DNA from: a virus | Taxonomy: Duplodnaviria > Caudoviricetes | Reading direction: 5' to 3' (one strand) | IMG/VR virus record: IMGVR_UViG_3300023283_000215 | Span: 1-36,108 of that record | Length of the DNA: 36,108 nucleotides | Shown: piece by piece, positions 18,915 through 27,702 of the stretch | Layout of the letters: each line of letters starts with the position of its first letter | Position numbering within the stretch: position 1 is the first letter of the stretch | Translations under genes and position numbers: made by a program | The notes under the pieces: model-generated | Told to the model about the DNA's origin: nothing | Seen by the model: the letters and a program-made list of their open reading frames with translations, nothing else | Database searches by the model: none

Positions 18915-19382
18915 GTGGGCTTTTTCTCTTTTTTGTTGTTTGTTCCAATCGGTTTGATTCTTCTTTCCGGACTTCGGATTTTCCCAGCTTTGGGATTGGG
19001 CGGTCTGGCTGGTTTAGGCCCTACTGTTGGGAGCACATTGGGCGCATTGGGCACCGGAGCCGCCGGCGTGGGTCTGGGTCTTGCGGGGCTTCCCATTGCG
19101 CCGGGTCTGGGTCCGGCCGGTCAAATCGGTGCTTTGTCGGGTTTTGGTCTTGGTGCTGCCAATGATATTTCCGCGGGCAGGCGCAAGACCTGGGGCGGGC
19201 TGCTGGCCGCTGCTGCCCTGGCCCATCCCGGAATTTTGCGAATCGGGGGCGAAAGGAACGCGGGAGTACCGAAGAACCCACAGGTGACCACTACTTCCGA
19301 CGAAAATCCCCTGTCCGGTTTTTTTGACAAGGAAGAGGATCTATCAAAGGCTATTCGCGCTCTGGGACTTGGCCTTCGTTGA
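18915..19382 (+). CDS. Gly/Leu/Ala-rich membrane-active ejection (pilot-like) protein
   Basis: AGGAGG (18901-18906) favours GTG 18915; hydrophobic N-terminus and glycine-zipper-like stretch. Confidence 0.6.
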   Translation: MGFFSFLLFVPIGLILLSGLRIFPALGLGGLAGLGPTVGSTLGALGTGAAGVGLGLAGLPIAPGLGPAGQIGALSGFGLGAANDISAGRRKTWGGLLAAAALAHPGILRIGGERNAGVPKNPQVTTTSDENPLSGFFDKEEDLSKAIRALGLGLR

Positions 19383-19411
19383 ATACCGACTTTTGAGATT
19401 GGGAGGTTAGT

Positions 19412-20923
19412 ATGCCGACAATTATTCAAGGACCAAGGGTTCCATCCGTTGTTGTTCCTCCGGCGCCGCCTCCTGCCCGTTCGGATGGAGGCATAGGTGA
19501 GTTCCTGGCTCTTCTTCAGATTCTGAACAATCAGAATCTCTCTGAGCGCCGTTTGGACCTGGAAGAATCCACATCCAATTTTCGGTTGAAACTCGAACAG
19601 CAAGCCGCTGAGGACATTGCAGCGCATCGGGCGAACATGGCGGAGTTGGAACGGCGTCAGCTTGAAATTGCCGAGAGAACATCCGGCATACAGGAAGGCA
19701 ATGCGCTGATTGAACGTGGCCGGTTCCTGACCGAATCCAGCAGGGGGAATCTGGAAAATGTTCTCCGGCAAAGTTTAAACCAGGCGGAAAACGAGGTCGA
19801 GATTCAGTTGGAACAGGGGGAAGGTCTGGTTTCCTCCTTCATTCCCAAAATTCGAAACGTAACCCGAAAACCTTCCACCGATCTGGATTCGTTTCTCCGG
19901 GAGGACTTCCCGGGAATGATTCAAAGCGTGTTGGACGAATCGGAAAATCCGATTCAGTTGCAATCGGCTCTGGATGAGATTACCCGGAGTTTCAGCAATC
20001 TTTCGGCTGAGCGATTTGATGAAAACCCGGAGTTATTTGAAAGGCTTGGAACCGATCTTTCAGAGCTTCGACAAGATGTTTTCCGAAGATCGAATCGGTT
20101 CCAGGATACGATACTCCAGGAAGTTCGAACGGAAGCCAACAACCGGGTCTTGTCTCTTACCAATGATTTCGCGGTCAATCTCTCCCAGGCTGCCGATACC
20201 GGGAATCCTCGTTTTCTGACCGGAGCGATTTCCGAATTTCGGGACAGATCCTTGAACGTGGAACCTGTTGATGTGAGGGAAAGAATTCGATCGATTCAGG
20301 AGAATCAGGGGGAAGGTGGGTTAAGCTTTTCCCCGGTTTTCGAGGACGTTCCGGACAATCCTTTCTTGCAGGAAGCTCTTCAGGTCCAGGAAGAACGGGA
20401 CCGACAGAACAAGAAAGCGGGAAAAGAGATTGTGCAACAATTGGAAGCGGGGGATCTTTTGGGTGCGGGAGCCAATCTTCTGGGTCTTCTCGGACGAAAA
20501 ACGGCTAATCTTGGTGCCGCTTCGTCGAGAGGGATAGGTCAGTTTATTCTGCAAGGGGGAACTCTTGCTCCCCGGACTCAGGATCCGTTGCATATACCAA
20601 CCTTACCGGATGCTCCGTCTCCCCTTCCCCAGGGGGAGCCTTCGACGTTCCGGGCCCCTCCCGGGCTGAATTTCTTCCGGGCTATACAGGAAGCCCAGAA
20701 CAACGAGGATCTTCTGATTCCCCAGGGGGAGCCTCCAGCGTTCCTGGCCCCTCCCGGGCTGAATTTCTTCCGGGCTATACAGGAAGCCCAGAACAACGAG
20801 GATCTTCTGATTCCCCAGGGGGAGTCTTCGACGGTCCGGGTCCCTCCCGGGCTGAATCTCTTTCGGGCTATACGGGAAGTCCAGAACGAAGAGGATCTTC
20901 TGAATCGTCTTTTTCAGGAATAA
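19412..20923 (+). CDS. Internal virion / ejection protein with C-terminal 31-aa repeats
   Basis: GGGAGG SD; helical, E/Q/R/L-rich; no Y, W or C. Confidence 0.6.
   Translation: MPTIIQGPRVPSVVVPPAPPPARSDGGIGEFLALLQILNNQNLSERRLDLEESTSNFRLKLEQQAAEDIAAHRANMAELERRQLEIAERTSGIQEGNALIERGRFLTESSRGNLENVLRQSLNQAENEVEIQLEQGEGLVSSFIPKIRNVTRKPSTDLDSFLREDFPGMIQSVLDESENPIQLQSALDEITRSFSNLSAERFDENPELFERLGTDLSELRQDVFRRSNRFQDTILQEVRTEANNRVLSLTNDFAVNLSQAADTGNPRFLTGAISEFRDRSLNVEPVDVRERIRSIQENQGEGGLSFSPVFEDVPDNPFLQEALQVQEERDRQNKKAGKEIVQQLEAGDLLGAGANLLGLLGRKTANLGAASSRGIGQFILQGGTLAPRTQDPLHIPTLPDAPSPLPQGEPSTFRAPPGLNFFRAIQEAQNNEDLLIPQGEPPAFLAPPGLNFFRAIQEAQNNEDLLIPQGESSTVRVPPGLNLFRAIREVQNEEDLLNRLFQE
20627..20903 (+). 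repeat. Three tandem 93-bp coding repeats
   Basis: Units start at 20627, 20720 and 20813 and encode PQGExxxxxxPPGLNxFRAIxExQNxEDLL. Confidence 0.95.
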
Positions 20924-20926
20924 CAA

Positions 20927-21352
20927 ATGCCCCTTCTTCTTAGAATCTTGCCCTTCATTCTCGGTATCGGTGGAGAGATTGCCGCTCCTCGTATTTTGAA
21001 GGCGTTGTCGAATCGTCTGGCGAAATCGGCTCCTTCTTCCGGGGCGGGTAAACGGGCGGCTGAACTGGCTTCTCGGTCCCTTGGTTCTCCGGGGGCGGAC
21101 CTGGCCAGTCGGATTGCCGGCGGGGGCGCGGGTTTTCTGGCGGGGGATCTTCTTCTTCGTCCTCCCGATGATCCCGCGGCAAGTTCCGCCAATTCGGATC
21201 AATTGGCTGCTCTTACATCTTTGCGGAATCTTCCGAATCGGACAACAAGTCTCGGAAATCAATTGGCGTTTCGGGACCAGCTTCAGGCTGAAGTCGAGGC
21301 CGGGAACCTGGCGCCTCTTTTGGAAGAACTCGGAATTTCCGGAGGTATCTAA
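20927..21352 (+). CDS. Small A/G/L-rich ejection-type protein
   Basis: 141 aa; hydrophobic N-terminus and GGGAGFLAG segment. Confidence 0.55.
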   Translation: MPLLLRILPFILGIGGEIAAPRILKALSNRLAKSAPSSGAGKRAAELASRSLGSPGADLASRIAGGGAGFLAGDLLLRPPDDPAASSANSDQLAALTSLRNLPNRTTSLGNQLAFRDQLQAEVEAGNLAPLLEELGISGGI

Positions 21353-22566
21353 TGGCTGAAAGAACTTCAGCTCTACTCGAACAAATTCTTCCGGTTATCG
21401 AAGGTCTGATTCAAAGTCCGGGTTTCGAAGAATTTTTAAACGAGGATGTTGCCGAACTCGCCAAGAGTCTGCGGGACAAATTGTTGACCAACGAAGAGAA
21501 GAACCTTTCTTTCGAGCGTCAGCTTACCTTGCTCCGGGAGAAGGCGAATCGAGAAGAAGACGCCAAGGTTCTTTCGGGTGAGGTTCAGGAGAATCTCGTC
21601 AAGGTCCGGGAACAGCGGGACATTAATCTGGAACGAACGAGGACGGAGGAACTCCAACAACGGGCTCGTGTTCGAACCGATGAAACCCTCCGGCTGGAGC
21701 GGGAGAGGCAAAGGATAGAACAGGAGGCAAAAGAAACTCAGAGAACTCAGCGTCTGGAAACCCTGGAAGATGAGATCAAGGATCTCAGGAGTCGGGTCGA
21801 GAAAGGAACTATTTCCGAGGATGTTCTCGGTTCGAGGCTTCAGTCCATTGAAAGTGAGAATCCCCAGAAGGCTGCGGTCCTGGACGAAATCCGATCCGAC
21901 CAGGCTGCCCGGATTGAAACGACTCGGCAGACGATCCAGAACCAGATTCGGGAACGTTTTAACATTCCTTCTGACCAATCTCTTCCAGGAGAGATTACCA
22001 ATGCGGTTACAAGCGAGATCAAGACTTCCTCGCCTCGCGAGCAGGATGTTCAAAAGATCTTCCGCCAAGCAGAGCCGATTGTTGCCCTGGAGCGTGAGCT
22101 TAGATCCAGGGGTTTGGATCCGGCGGACGTAGCCCGGGGCAGGATTCGGGGCAAGGGATTATTGGCCAATCTTCCGTTTGTTTCGGGCGGCGGGGAGACC
22201 GCGGCTGCTGAAGCCCTGGAATCGTTTCGCCGGAATCCATCCGGTTCAGCCGGCAAGGCTGTATCTCAAACCTTAAAGGGTCTCCGGGGCGCCCGTCTGG
22301 GGCGTCTCGGTATAGCCGGAGGCGCAGCGGCTCTTCTGGCTGCTTTGTTCTCTAGAGACAGAGAGGATCAATCCCAGGGTCAGCAATTGCCTCCTTTGCT
22401 TCAACTTCAGCTTATGCAACAACTCGGAGAATTGGAGAATAACAATCTTCTTACCCAGTCCCTGGTTCAGTCCCGCGGCGCGGCGGCTGACCGGAACCAG
22501 GCTCAGGCGGACTTGACTCGGGCAAAGCTCTTGCAGTTGATGGGGGCTTCCGGGGGTGGTCTCTAA
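21352..22566 (+). CDS. Coiled-coil internal virion / ejection protein
   Basis: GGAGG SD, TAATG coupling; long E/R coiled coil and TM-like LGIAGGAAALLAALF. Confidence 0.6.
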   Translation: MAERTSALLEQILPVIEGLIQSPGFEEFLNEDVAELAKSLRDKLLTNEEKNLSFERQLTLLREKANREEDAKVLSGEVQENLVKVREQRDINLERTRTEELQQRARVRTDETLRLERERQRIEQEAKETQRTQRLETLEDEIKDLRSRVEKGTISEDVLGSRLQSIESENPQKAAVLDEIRSDQAARIETTRQTIQNQIRERFNIPSDQSLPGEITNAVTSEIKTSSPREQDVQKIFRQAEPIVALERELRSRGLDPADVARGRIRGKGLLANLPFVSGGGETAAAEALESFRRNPSGSAGKAVSQTLKGLRGARLGRLGIAGGAAALLAALFSRDREDQSQGQQLPPLLQLQLMQQLGELENNNLLTQSLVQSRGAAADRNQAQADLTRAKLLQLMGASGGGL

Positions 22567-22592
22567 TAGGAGGACGAGGATATACACGTTAT

Positions 22593-22919
22593 TTGAGGTC
22601 GGACAAATGGAAAAGAAAAAGGAGGAAAGTTCTAACACGAGCCGGTCACAAGTGTGAGAAATGCGGTTCCCGGACTTGTCTGGAAGTTCATCATCTGAAT
22701 TACGACTCCTTTAGAAAGGAACAATTGTCGGATCTTCAGGTTTTGTGTCGTTCCTGCCACCGCAAAGCGGACCGATTACGAAAATGGAAATCCAGGGTGA
22801 ACGGTTGGATGGTAAAGGTACGCGGCAGCGAGTGGAATAAATCGTTTACCTGGGAGAAAGCAGAACGGGAGTTCCTTTCCTGGCTGAAAGTACGACAGTC
22901 GAAACGTCGTAAAAGGTAA
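22593..22919 (+). CDS. HNH endonuclease
   Basis: W..KR..VL.RA..KCEKC...LEVHH..Y......DLQVLCRSCH. Confidence 0.88.
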   Translation: MRSDKWKRKRRKVLTRAGHKCEKCGSRTCLEVHHLNYDSFRKEQLSDLQVLCRSCHRKADRLRKWKSRVNGWMVKVRGSEWNKSFTWEKAEREFLSWLKVRQSKRRKR

Positions 22920-22936
22920 AAGGTACGGGAGTAGAA

Positions 22937-23149
22937 ATGTTTGTACAAGGATTAATCCGAGCCGAGCCTGAACAGGTTTTTGAGGAAGGGTTCCAAAGAG
23001 CGATAACCCGGGCACACTTCGCTCTTACGGTTCTCCAGACAACGAAAGAATCGGAAGATATTTTCAATGAAAAGACCTGCAAGGCGGCTCATAAGTTCAT
23101 CCAGCAGTTTCTGTATTCAGGTGTTCACGACGATGAGATAGGGGGCTGA
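22937..23149 (+). CDS. Hypothetical protein
   Basis: GGGAG SD, 70 aa, TGATG coupling to the next gene. Confidence 0.6.
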   Translation: MFVQGLIRAEPEQVFEEGFQRAITRAHFALTVLQTTKESEDIFNEKTCKAAHKFIQQFLYSGVHDDEIGG

Positions 23150-26043
23150 TGCCGTCGGTTCAAAGACAACTTGAAGTAGCCCTTAATGGAATTACTCAGG
23201 GGGATATGGGCCTCCTTCAAAAGGTTTTGATGTTCCCCGAGAGCATCACTCCGAACGAGTCCCGTTCGGTGGCTGAACAATTCGGACACAGGGACGGTTT
23301 TCTCAATATGGTCACGGATCTGGCCCTTGATCCTACGGTTTGGGCTTCCCTCTGGCTGTCCAGAAGGTTCCCTACTTCCCAGTATCTCCGGGGTGCCATT
23401 CCGCAGCGATTCGTGGGCGCTTCCAACGAGTTTTCGGGACTCTCTTCCGTGGCCCGTACTGTTGAAGGCTTTTTCCGTGGCACGCATATTCCAGGACTGG
23501 TGGGTCTCAAGATGAGAAGGGAGGCGGAGGTCTTAAAGATCGGCAACCGGATGTTCGATCGTATTTCCCACCGGCCCAACTGGAAGAACGAGATGGAAAT
23601 TGTTTCGTCTCTTCTGGAAGGCCAGACACCTTCCGGTGCTACTCCGGGATTGAAGGGTCTGGCAACCAGTATCCGAAATGACATGGATGAGATCTGGAAA
23701 CTTCTGGGGAAAACCCTGAAGGTCGAGGGTGGGTTTCAGTCGGACGGGGTTTCCCGGGTTACTTCCCGCAGCTTTACGCAAGCCGAATCCCCTCGGTACC
23801 TCCGGGATTATCTGCCTCACATTCCGCTGCTTGGTCCCGATTCAACGCTTGAAATTTCCGGCCGGGAAGCGTTGAAACGATTCGGCCGGAACAAACGAGG
23901 CCAGGCGATAGCCCTGGGAAGGCAGAACCCGGCTGAAGTCTGGCAATTGGATAACACCGACCGGCTTAGTTCGGACTTTGCCCGATGGCAGAATTTCATG
24001 GACAAGGTTGGTCCCCAGGTATTCAACCCACGCCTCTTTCGCCGGAGGCGGCAACTTACCCTGAGTTCTTCCGAAGGCCGGGAGTTATTCGTTACTGATC
24101 TGAATGTCATTCTCCAGAAGTACATTCATTCGGCTGCCCGGACCTATTCGCTGAATGCTCCGCTTACTCCCCGGGAAAGAGCCCTCCTTTCCATCCCTGA
24201 TCCTAGGAACCCTGGAAGGCAGATCCAGCCCGGTCCGGAGCCGATTATTCAGCAGGTCATCAATCAGGGGTTGGACGCAACGGGCGGGCGTTTCACCCGG
24301 CGTCAGGTTCTGGGAACGAATATCTTCGAGGAACGTCTCGATCCCAGTTCCGTGAACGCACCGACCCTTGGTGCCTTGAAAAGTCTTACCCGGAATCTCA
24401 AGGGACAGGCGGAGATGGATGAAGTTCTCTTTGGAAACCTGTTCAATTCCATCCGGAGCAAGGTATCCAATTCCCTGGGCCGGGCGATGTCCAGGAAACA
24501 GCAGGTTCAACTGGAAGGGGCTATTTCTTCCGTCCAGCAGCAACAGAACAACCGGAACATCACCAATCGGATCACCAGCTTCTTCTACGCAACTACTCTT
24601 GGATTGAATCCTCTTTCCTCCCTGAAGAACCTGTTCCAGCCATTTTTGACAACCGCTCCTGCCATTGGAATCGGTCCGACCCTGGAAGGGTTCAGTGTTC
24701 TTCGAAGAAGGCTTCCGCAATATGCCCGAAACTTTTCGCATGAGTTCAATCTTCTCAAGACCAACCGGAATCTTCCTTTCCCCGGAAAGGCGAACCTTGC
24801 ACTGGAGAAGGCATATGCCCGAACGTTTCCGGAATTGGCCAAGACGGGGGTTCGTTTCGATCCACGAGCTTACGAAATTGATGAAACGGCCTTGGTAACC
24901 GATGCCTTTGGAAAGTCTCGATGGAAAAGTTACGACGACTACATGAAGTTCCTTCTCCAGACTTTCACTCAAACCGAGGCGTCCAACCAGGTTGTCAGCT
25001 TTTACGGCGCGAAGTCCGCCCTTCGCCGGGCAACCCGGCAGGGTCTGGTGGACGTTCCCGAGGGAGTTCTCCTGGATGATTTCCTGGATTTCCGAGCAGC
25101 GGATACCGTCCGGGCAACTCAATTTACTCCGGGTCCGGGTTCGAGAACTCAATTGCAGTCCATGATCCCGGCTCCTTTCCGGATGTTTACAAGTTTCCCC
25201 GTCAGACTGGCCAACTTTTTCTCGGAATCTACGGTTCGCGGAGCAATGTCGGACAGGCAACTTCAGGATGCCGGGTTCCTGACTCGCTTATTGGGAGGCC
25301 GAAATTACGGAACCGTAGCTAGAACGTTCCTGGCCGGCCGGGTCATTTCCGAGGGTCTGCGGGAAACGCTTGGTGTGGATATGGGCGATGCTGTGGGTTT
25401 GACGGGGCCTTTTTCGAACATTGTACCTTCCGGCCAATTGATCCCGGTTTTGCCCATGAGTCCGCTTCCGTCCCTGGCTTTCGGTCTGGCTTCCTATGCG
25501 GCTACCCGGGATATCAAGGAACTCCAACCCGTGGAACTTCCTGTCATGGGGGAAATCCACGTACCCAAGACCCTCCTTCCCGGGGGTATCCAGATTACAC
25601 GCATGTCTCGGGCGCTTCGGAGTTATCGTCCCGACATAGGCGGTTTCGTGGACGACAATGAACGCCTCATGTTTCGAGGCGATACAACGGACCTTGTTCT
25701 TTCTATGCTGGGCATTCCGCTGGAGAAAGAGCGACGCGAGAAGCAGATTTTGGAGGAACTCAGCGCCAACCGGATGCTAGCCCGGGACATACGCCGCCAG
25801 TATGCCGTTTCCGTAAGGAATTTCGACACCGTTGGCATGTCCCGTTTGGAACGCCGCTGGCAGGAGGCATTCCCCGACTTTGGACCTTTGGGGTTGTCCC
25901 GGCATGACTTGAGACGGTACAATCAGCAGAGCCGTGTAACGTCCGTGCAGAGGATGCTTCGAACTCTGGGGAAAGACGCTAGATTCCTGGAATCTGAAAT
26001 CTATGAAACTGATCCGGATTTGATTGTTCCGAGGCTTCCATGA
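23149..26043 (+). CDS. Large internal virion protein (T7 gp16-like position; probable inner-membrane ejectosome component)
   Basis: 964 aa, helical. Segments YLRDYLPH, TTLGLNPLSSLKNLFQ and TQF..R..FRMFTSFP resemble large ejection proteins. Confidence 0.62.
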   Translation: MPSVQRQLEVALNGITQGDMGLLQKVLMFPESITPNESRSVAEQFGHRDGFLNMVTDLALDPTVWASLWLSRRFPTSQYLRGAIPQRFVGASNEFSGLSSVARTVEGFFRGTHIPGLVGLKMRREAEVLKIGNRMFDRISHRPNWKNEMEIVSSLLEGQTPSGATPGLKGLATSIRNDMDEIWKLLGKTLKVEGGFQSDGVSRVTSRSFTQAESPRYLRDYLPHIPLLGPDSTLEISGREALKRFGRNKRGQAIALGRQNPAEVWQLDNTDRLSSDFARWQNFMDKVGPQVFNPRLFRRRRQLTLSSSEGRELFVTDLNVILQKYIHSAARTYSLNAPLTPRERALLSIPDPRNPGRQIQPGPEPIIQQVINQGLDATGGRFTRRQVLGTNIFEERLDPSSVNAPTLGALKSLTRNLKGQAEMDEVLFGNLFNSIRSKVSNSLGRAMSRKQQVQLEGAISSVQQQQNNRNITNRITSFFYATTLGLNPLSSLKNLFQPFLTTAPAIGIGPTLEGFSVLRRRLPQYARNFSHEFNLLKTNRNLPFPGKANLALEKAYARTFPELAKTGVRFDPRAYEIDETALVTDAFGKSRWKSYDDYMKFLLQTFTQTEASNQVVSFYGAKSALRRATRQGLVDVPEGVLLDDFLDFRAADTVRATQFTPGPGSRTQLQSMIPAPFRMFTSFPVRLANFFSESTVRGAMSDRQLQDAGFLTRLLGGRNYGTVARTFLAGRVISEGLRETLGVDMGDAVGLTGPFSNIVPSGQLIPVLPMSPLPSLAFGLASYAATRDIKELQPVELPVMGEIHVPKTLLPGGIQITRMSRALRSYRPDIGGFVDDNERLMFRGDTTDLVLSMLGIPLEKERREKQILEELSANRMLARDIRRQYAVSVRNFDTVGMSRLERRWQEAFPDFGPLGLSRHDLRRYNQQSRVTSVQRMLRTLGKDARFLESEIYETDPDLIVPRLP

Positions 26044-26246
26044 AAAGCTTTTCTTGTCGTTTTTGTTTCGGGTACGTTGAATCGGAGGATGTTCACCTCT
26101 TCCAGGTCTGTCCCTTTTGCGGAACCAATGTCAGGTTTAGGGAACACGACAGTCCGGACCAACAGCATTTTCCCTTTTCCGTGAAGGTGGAAAAGCAAGG
26201 CAAGGTACAAAAGTCGCAGCAGCTTGGCAACGAAGGTACGAAGTAG
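26040..26246 (+). CDS. Small zinc-ribbon protein
   Basis: CRFC...CPFCG; ATGA coupling. Confidence 0.6.
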   Translation: MKSFSCRFCFGYVESEDVHLFQVCPFCGTNVRFREHDSPDQQHFPFSVKVEKQGKVQKSQQLGNEGTK

Positions 26247-26262
26247 AAAGAGAGGTACATAA

Positions 26263-26370
26263 ATGGCTGGCAACAAACGAAGTACCAAGAAGTCTGGTTC
26301 CGGAACTTTGAAAAAGGCCGGTCCCAAGCGCCCTTCTCCCAAAAAGAAGAGCCCCAAAAGGAAGAAGTAG
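26263..26370 (+). CDS. 35-aa highly basic SPKK-motif peptide (absent from ORF track)
   Basis: GAGAGG SD; MAGNKRSTKKSGSGTLKKAGPKRPSPKKKSPKRKK. Confidence 0.65.
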   Translation: MAGNKRSTKKSGSGTLKKAGPKRPSPKKKSPKRKK

Positions 26371-26373
26371 TTC

Positions 26374-26673
26374 GTGAAGGTCGAGTACACACAGAAAGTT
26401 CTGACGTTCCGGCATAATCACAAGCCGTTGATTATTGAGACCCCGGCGGGTCTGGTGGTTATTCTCAAGGAAGGGGAGGACAAGAGGAAGGTTCAGGTAT
26501 TCACGCCTCCGGGAGTTCGAGCTTTTATCGGTGAGGAACGGATTACTTCCGAAAGCGAATATGTATCGGAGCAGAACGGAAAATTGATCCCCAAGCATGC
26601 TATCCTGACTCCGAGCTATGATGAAGCGGGGAATTTTATCGGTTTCAAAAAACCCGAGGTTATACCCCTATAG
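26374..26673 (+). CDS. Hypothetical protein, possible divergent CsrA-like fold
   Basis: KVLTFR..PLIIETPAGLVVI..RKVQVFTPPGVRAFIGEE. Confidence 0.45.
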   Translation: MKVEYTQKVLTFRHNHKPLIIETPAGLVVILKEGEDKRKVQVFTPPGVRAFIGEERITSESEYVSEQNGKLIPKHAILTPSYDEAGNFIGFKKPEVIPL

Positions 26674-26682
26674 GAGTTACGC

Positions 26683-27243
26683 ATGGGACACGATGATTAC
26701 ATCGGGAATTTGGGACAGTGGCGAACAGCCCGATACCCGGCGGGAGCCGATACGGTCCTGACCAATTACGTCGAGGCCGATCTTTCCGCTACGGTCAAGG
26801 ATAAGATGATCGATGTTCGTCCTGCTTCCGAAATCATCATCAAGTGTTTCGGGTTGGGGAGCAACAACGATACGTTTGATCTGAATATTTCCGGCTGGAT
26901 GGACCACACCAAACCGAAGGTCGGCCCCGGGCAACTTCTGGCGGAACTGGTTGGGTTGACACTCGGCAGCAAGAACACGACTCAAAGACCGGTTCCGGAT
27001 GGTGCTTGGACTTCCGCTGCCTGGCGAGAGGTAGACGGATATGGAACAGTTGACGACACGACGACCGTTGAATCTACCCTCTTTAAGGTTCTTACCCTGG
27101 ATGACAAAGGGTTCCTCGTGTTCCACACTTGCGGGTATTCCAAGATCCTCTTCGAGTTCGACAACTTTTCCGGAACGACCCAGGTAGGCATTCTCTGGCG
27201 CCCAACGGCAACCAACAAACCAATTCTTGCGGGAGGTTCTTAA
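26683..27243 (+). CDS. Hypothetical beta-rich protein (possibly virion-associated)
   Basis: AGGAG SD; 186 aa. Confidence 0.6.
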   Translation: MGHDDYIGNLGQWRTARYPAGADTVLTNYVEADLSATVKDKMIDVRPASEIIIKCFGLGSNNDTFDLNISGWMDHTKPKVGPGQLLAELVGLTLGSKNTTQRPVPDGAWTSAAWREVDGYGTVDDTTTVESTLFKVLTLDDKGFLVFHTCGYSKILFEFDNFSGTTQVGILWRPTATNKPILAGGS

Positions 27244-27587
27244 TGTACCGCTTTTGTCATCTGAAATCCGATCCCAAAACTCGCTTCTGTGCCTGGCAAT
27301 GGGACGGTTCCCAGACAGTTGATCATCCGTCCCTGGAGCCTCACCGAAACAGGAACCGGATCTACGTTCGTCTCCCCAAGGGCGCTGTGGGATATCTACA
27401 CCCGGGCTATTGGTTAATCGGCACGACCCAATCCGCCCGGCCCGGGATTGGAAAACCGATCCGAATTTTGACCAATAGCAAGTTTCATGACCTGTTCGAA
27501 TTGGAATCGGAAACGTCCATGGAGGATATGCTTCGCCCTTCAAAGGGTAAAAAGACTTTGAAGAAGAAAAAGAAAGTAACGTTCTAA
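27243..27587 (+). CDS. Phage hypothetical protein (AxQWDG...GxWLI type) with Lys-rich tail
   Basis: GGGAGG SD and TAATG coupling put the start at 27243 rather than the track's 27129. Confidence 0.62.
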   Translation: MYRFCHLKSDPKTRFCAWQWDGSQTVDHPSLEPHRNRNRIYVRLPKGAVGYLHPGYWLIGTTQSARPGIGKPIRILTNSKFHDLFELESETSMEDMLRPSKGKKTLKKKKKVTF

Positions 27588-27702
27588 TCCGGCGAACTTT
27601 GCATATCACGAAATGGCGTCAAACTATTTTGCGTATCGTTTTTCCGGTTTTTGATACACGAAACCCATTTGTCCGCAAACAATTCGGCCTTCCGGATTAA
27701 CG

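Noticed and set aside
20627-20903. Repeat array as a possible CRISPR or DGR template/variable repeat pair
   Set aside because: The units are contiguous, in frame and have no unique spacers; differences are not adenine-specific; no reverse transcriptase or cas gene is present.
17676-22566. Tyr/Cys/Trp absence explained by alternative genetic code or avoidance of near-stop codons
   Set aside because: All other genes read normally in code 11 and use TAY/TGG codons. Other near-stop codons (CAG, CAA, GAA, GAG) are abundant in this block.
24085-25260. Long antisense ORFs (391 aa here; also 10263-11207, 4549-5298, 26677-27609)
   Set aside because: They are shadows of well-supported genes on the opposite strand, with no motifs or SD.
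27588-27702. Bidirectional terminator or promoter at the convergence point
   Set aside because: No convincing hairpin with U-tract; the TTGACG on the - strand has no correctly spaced -10 box.
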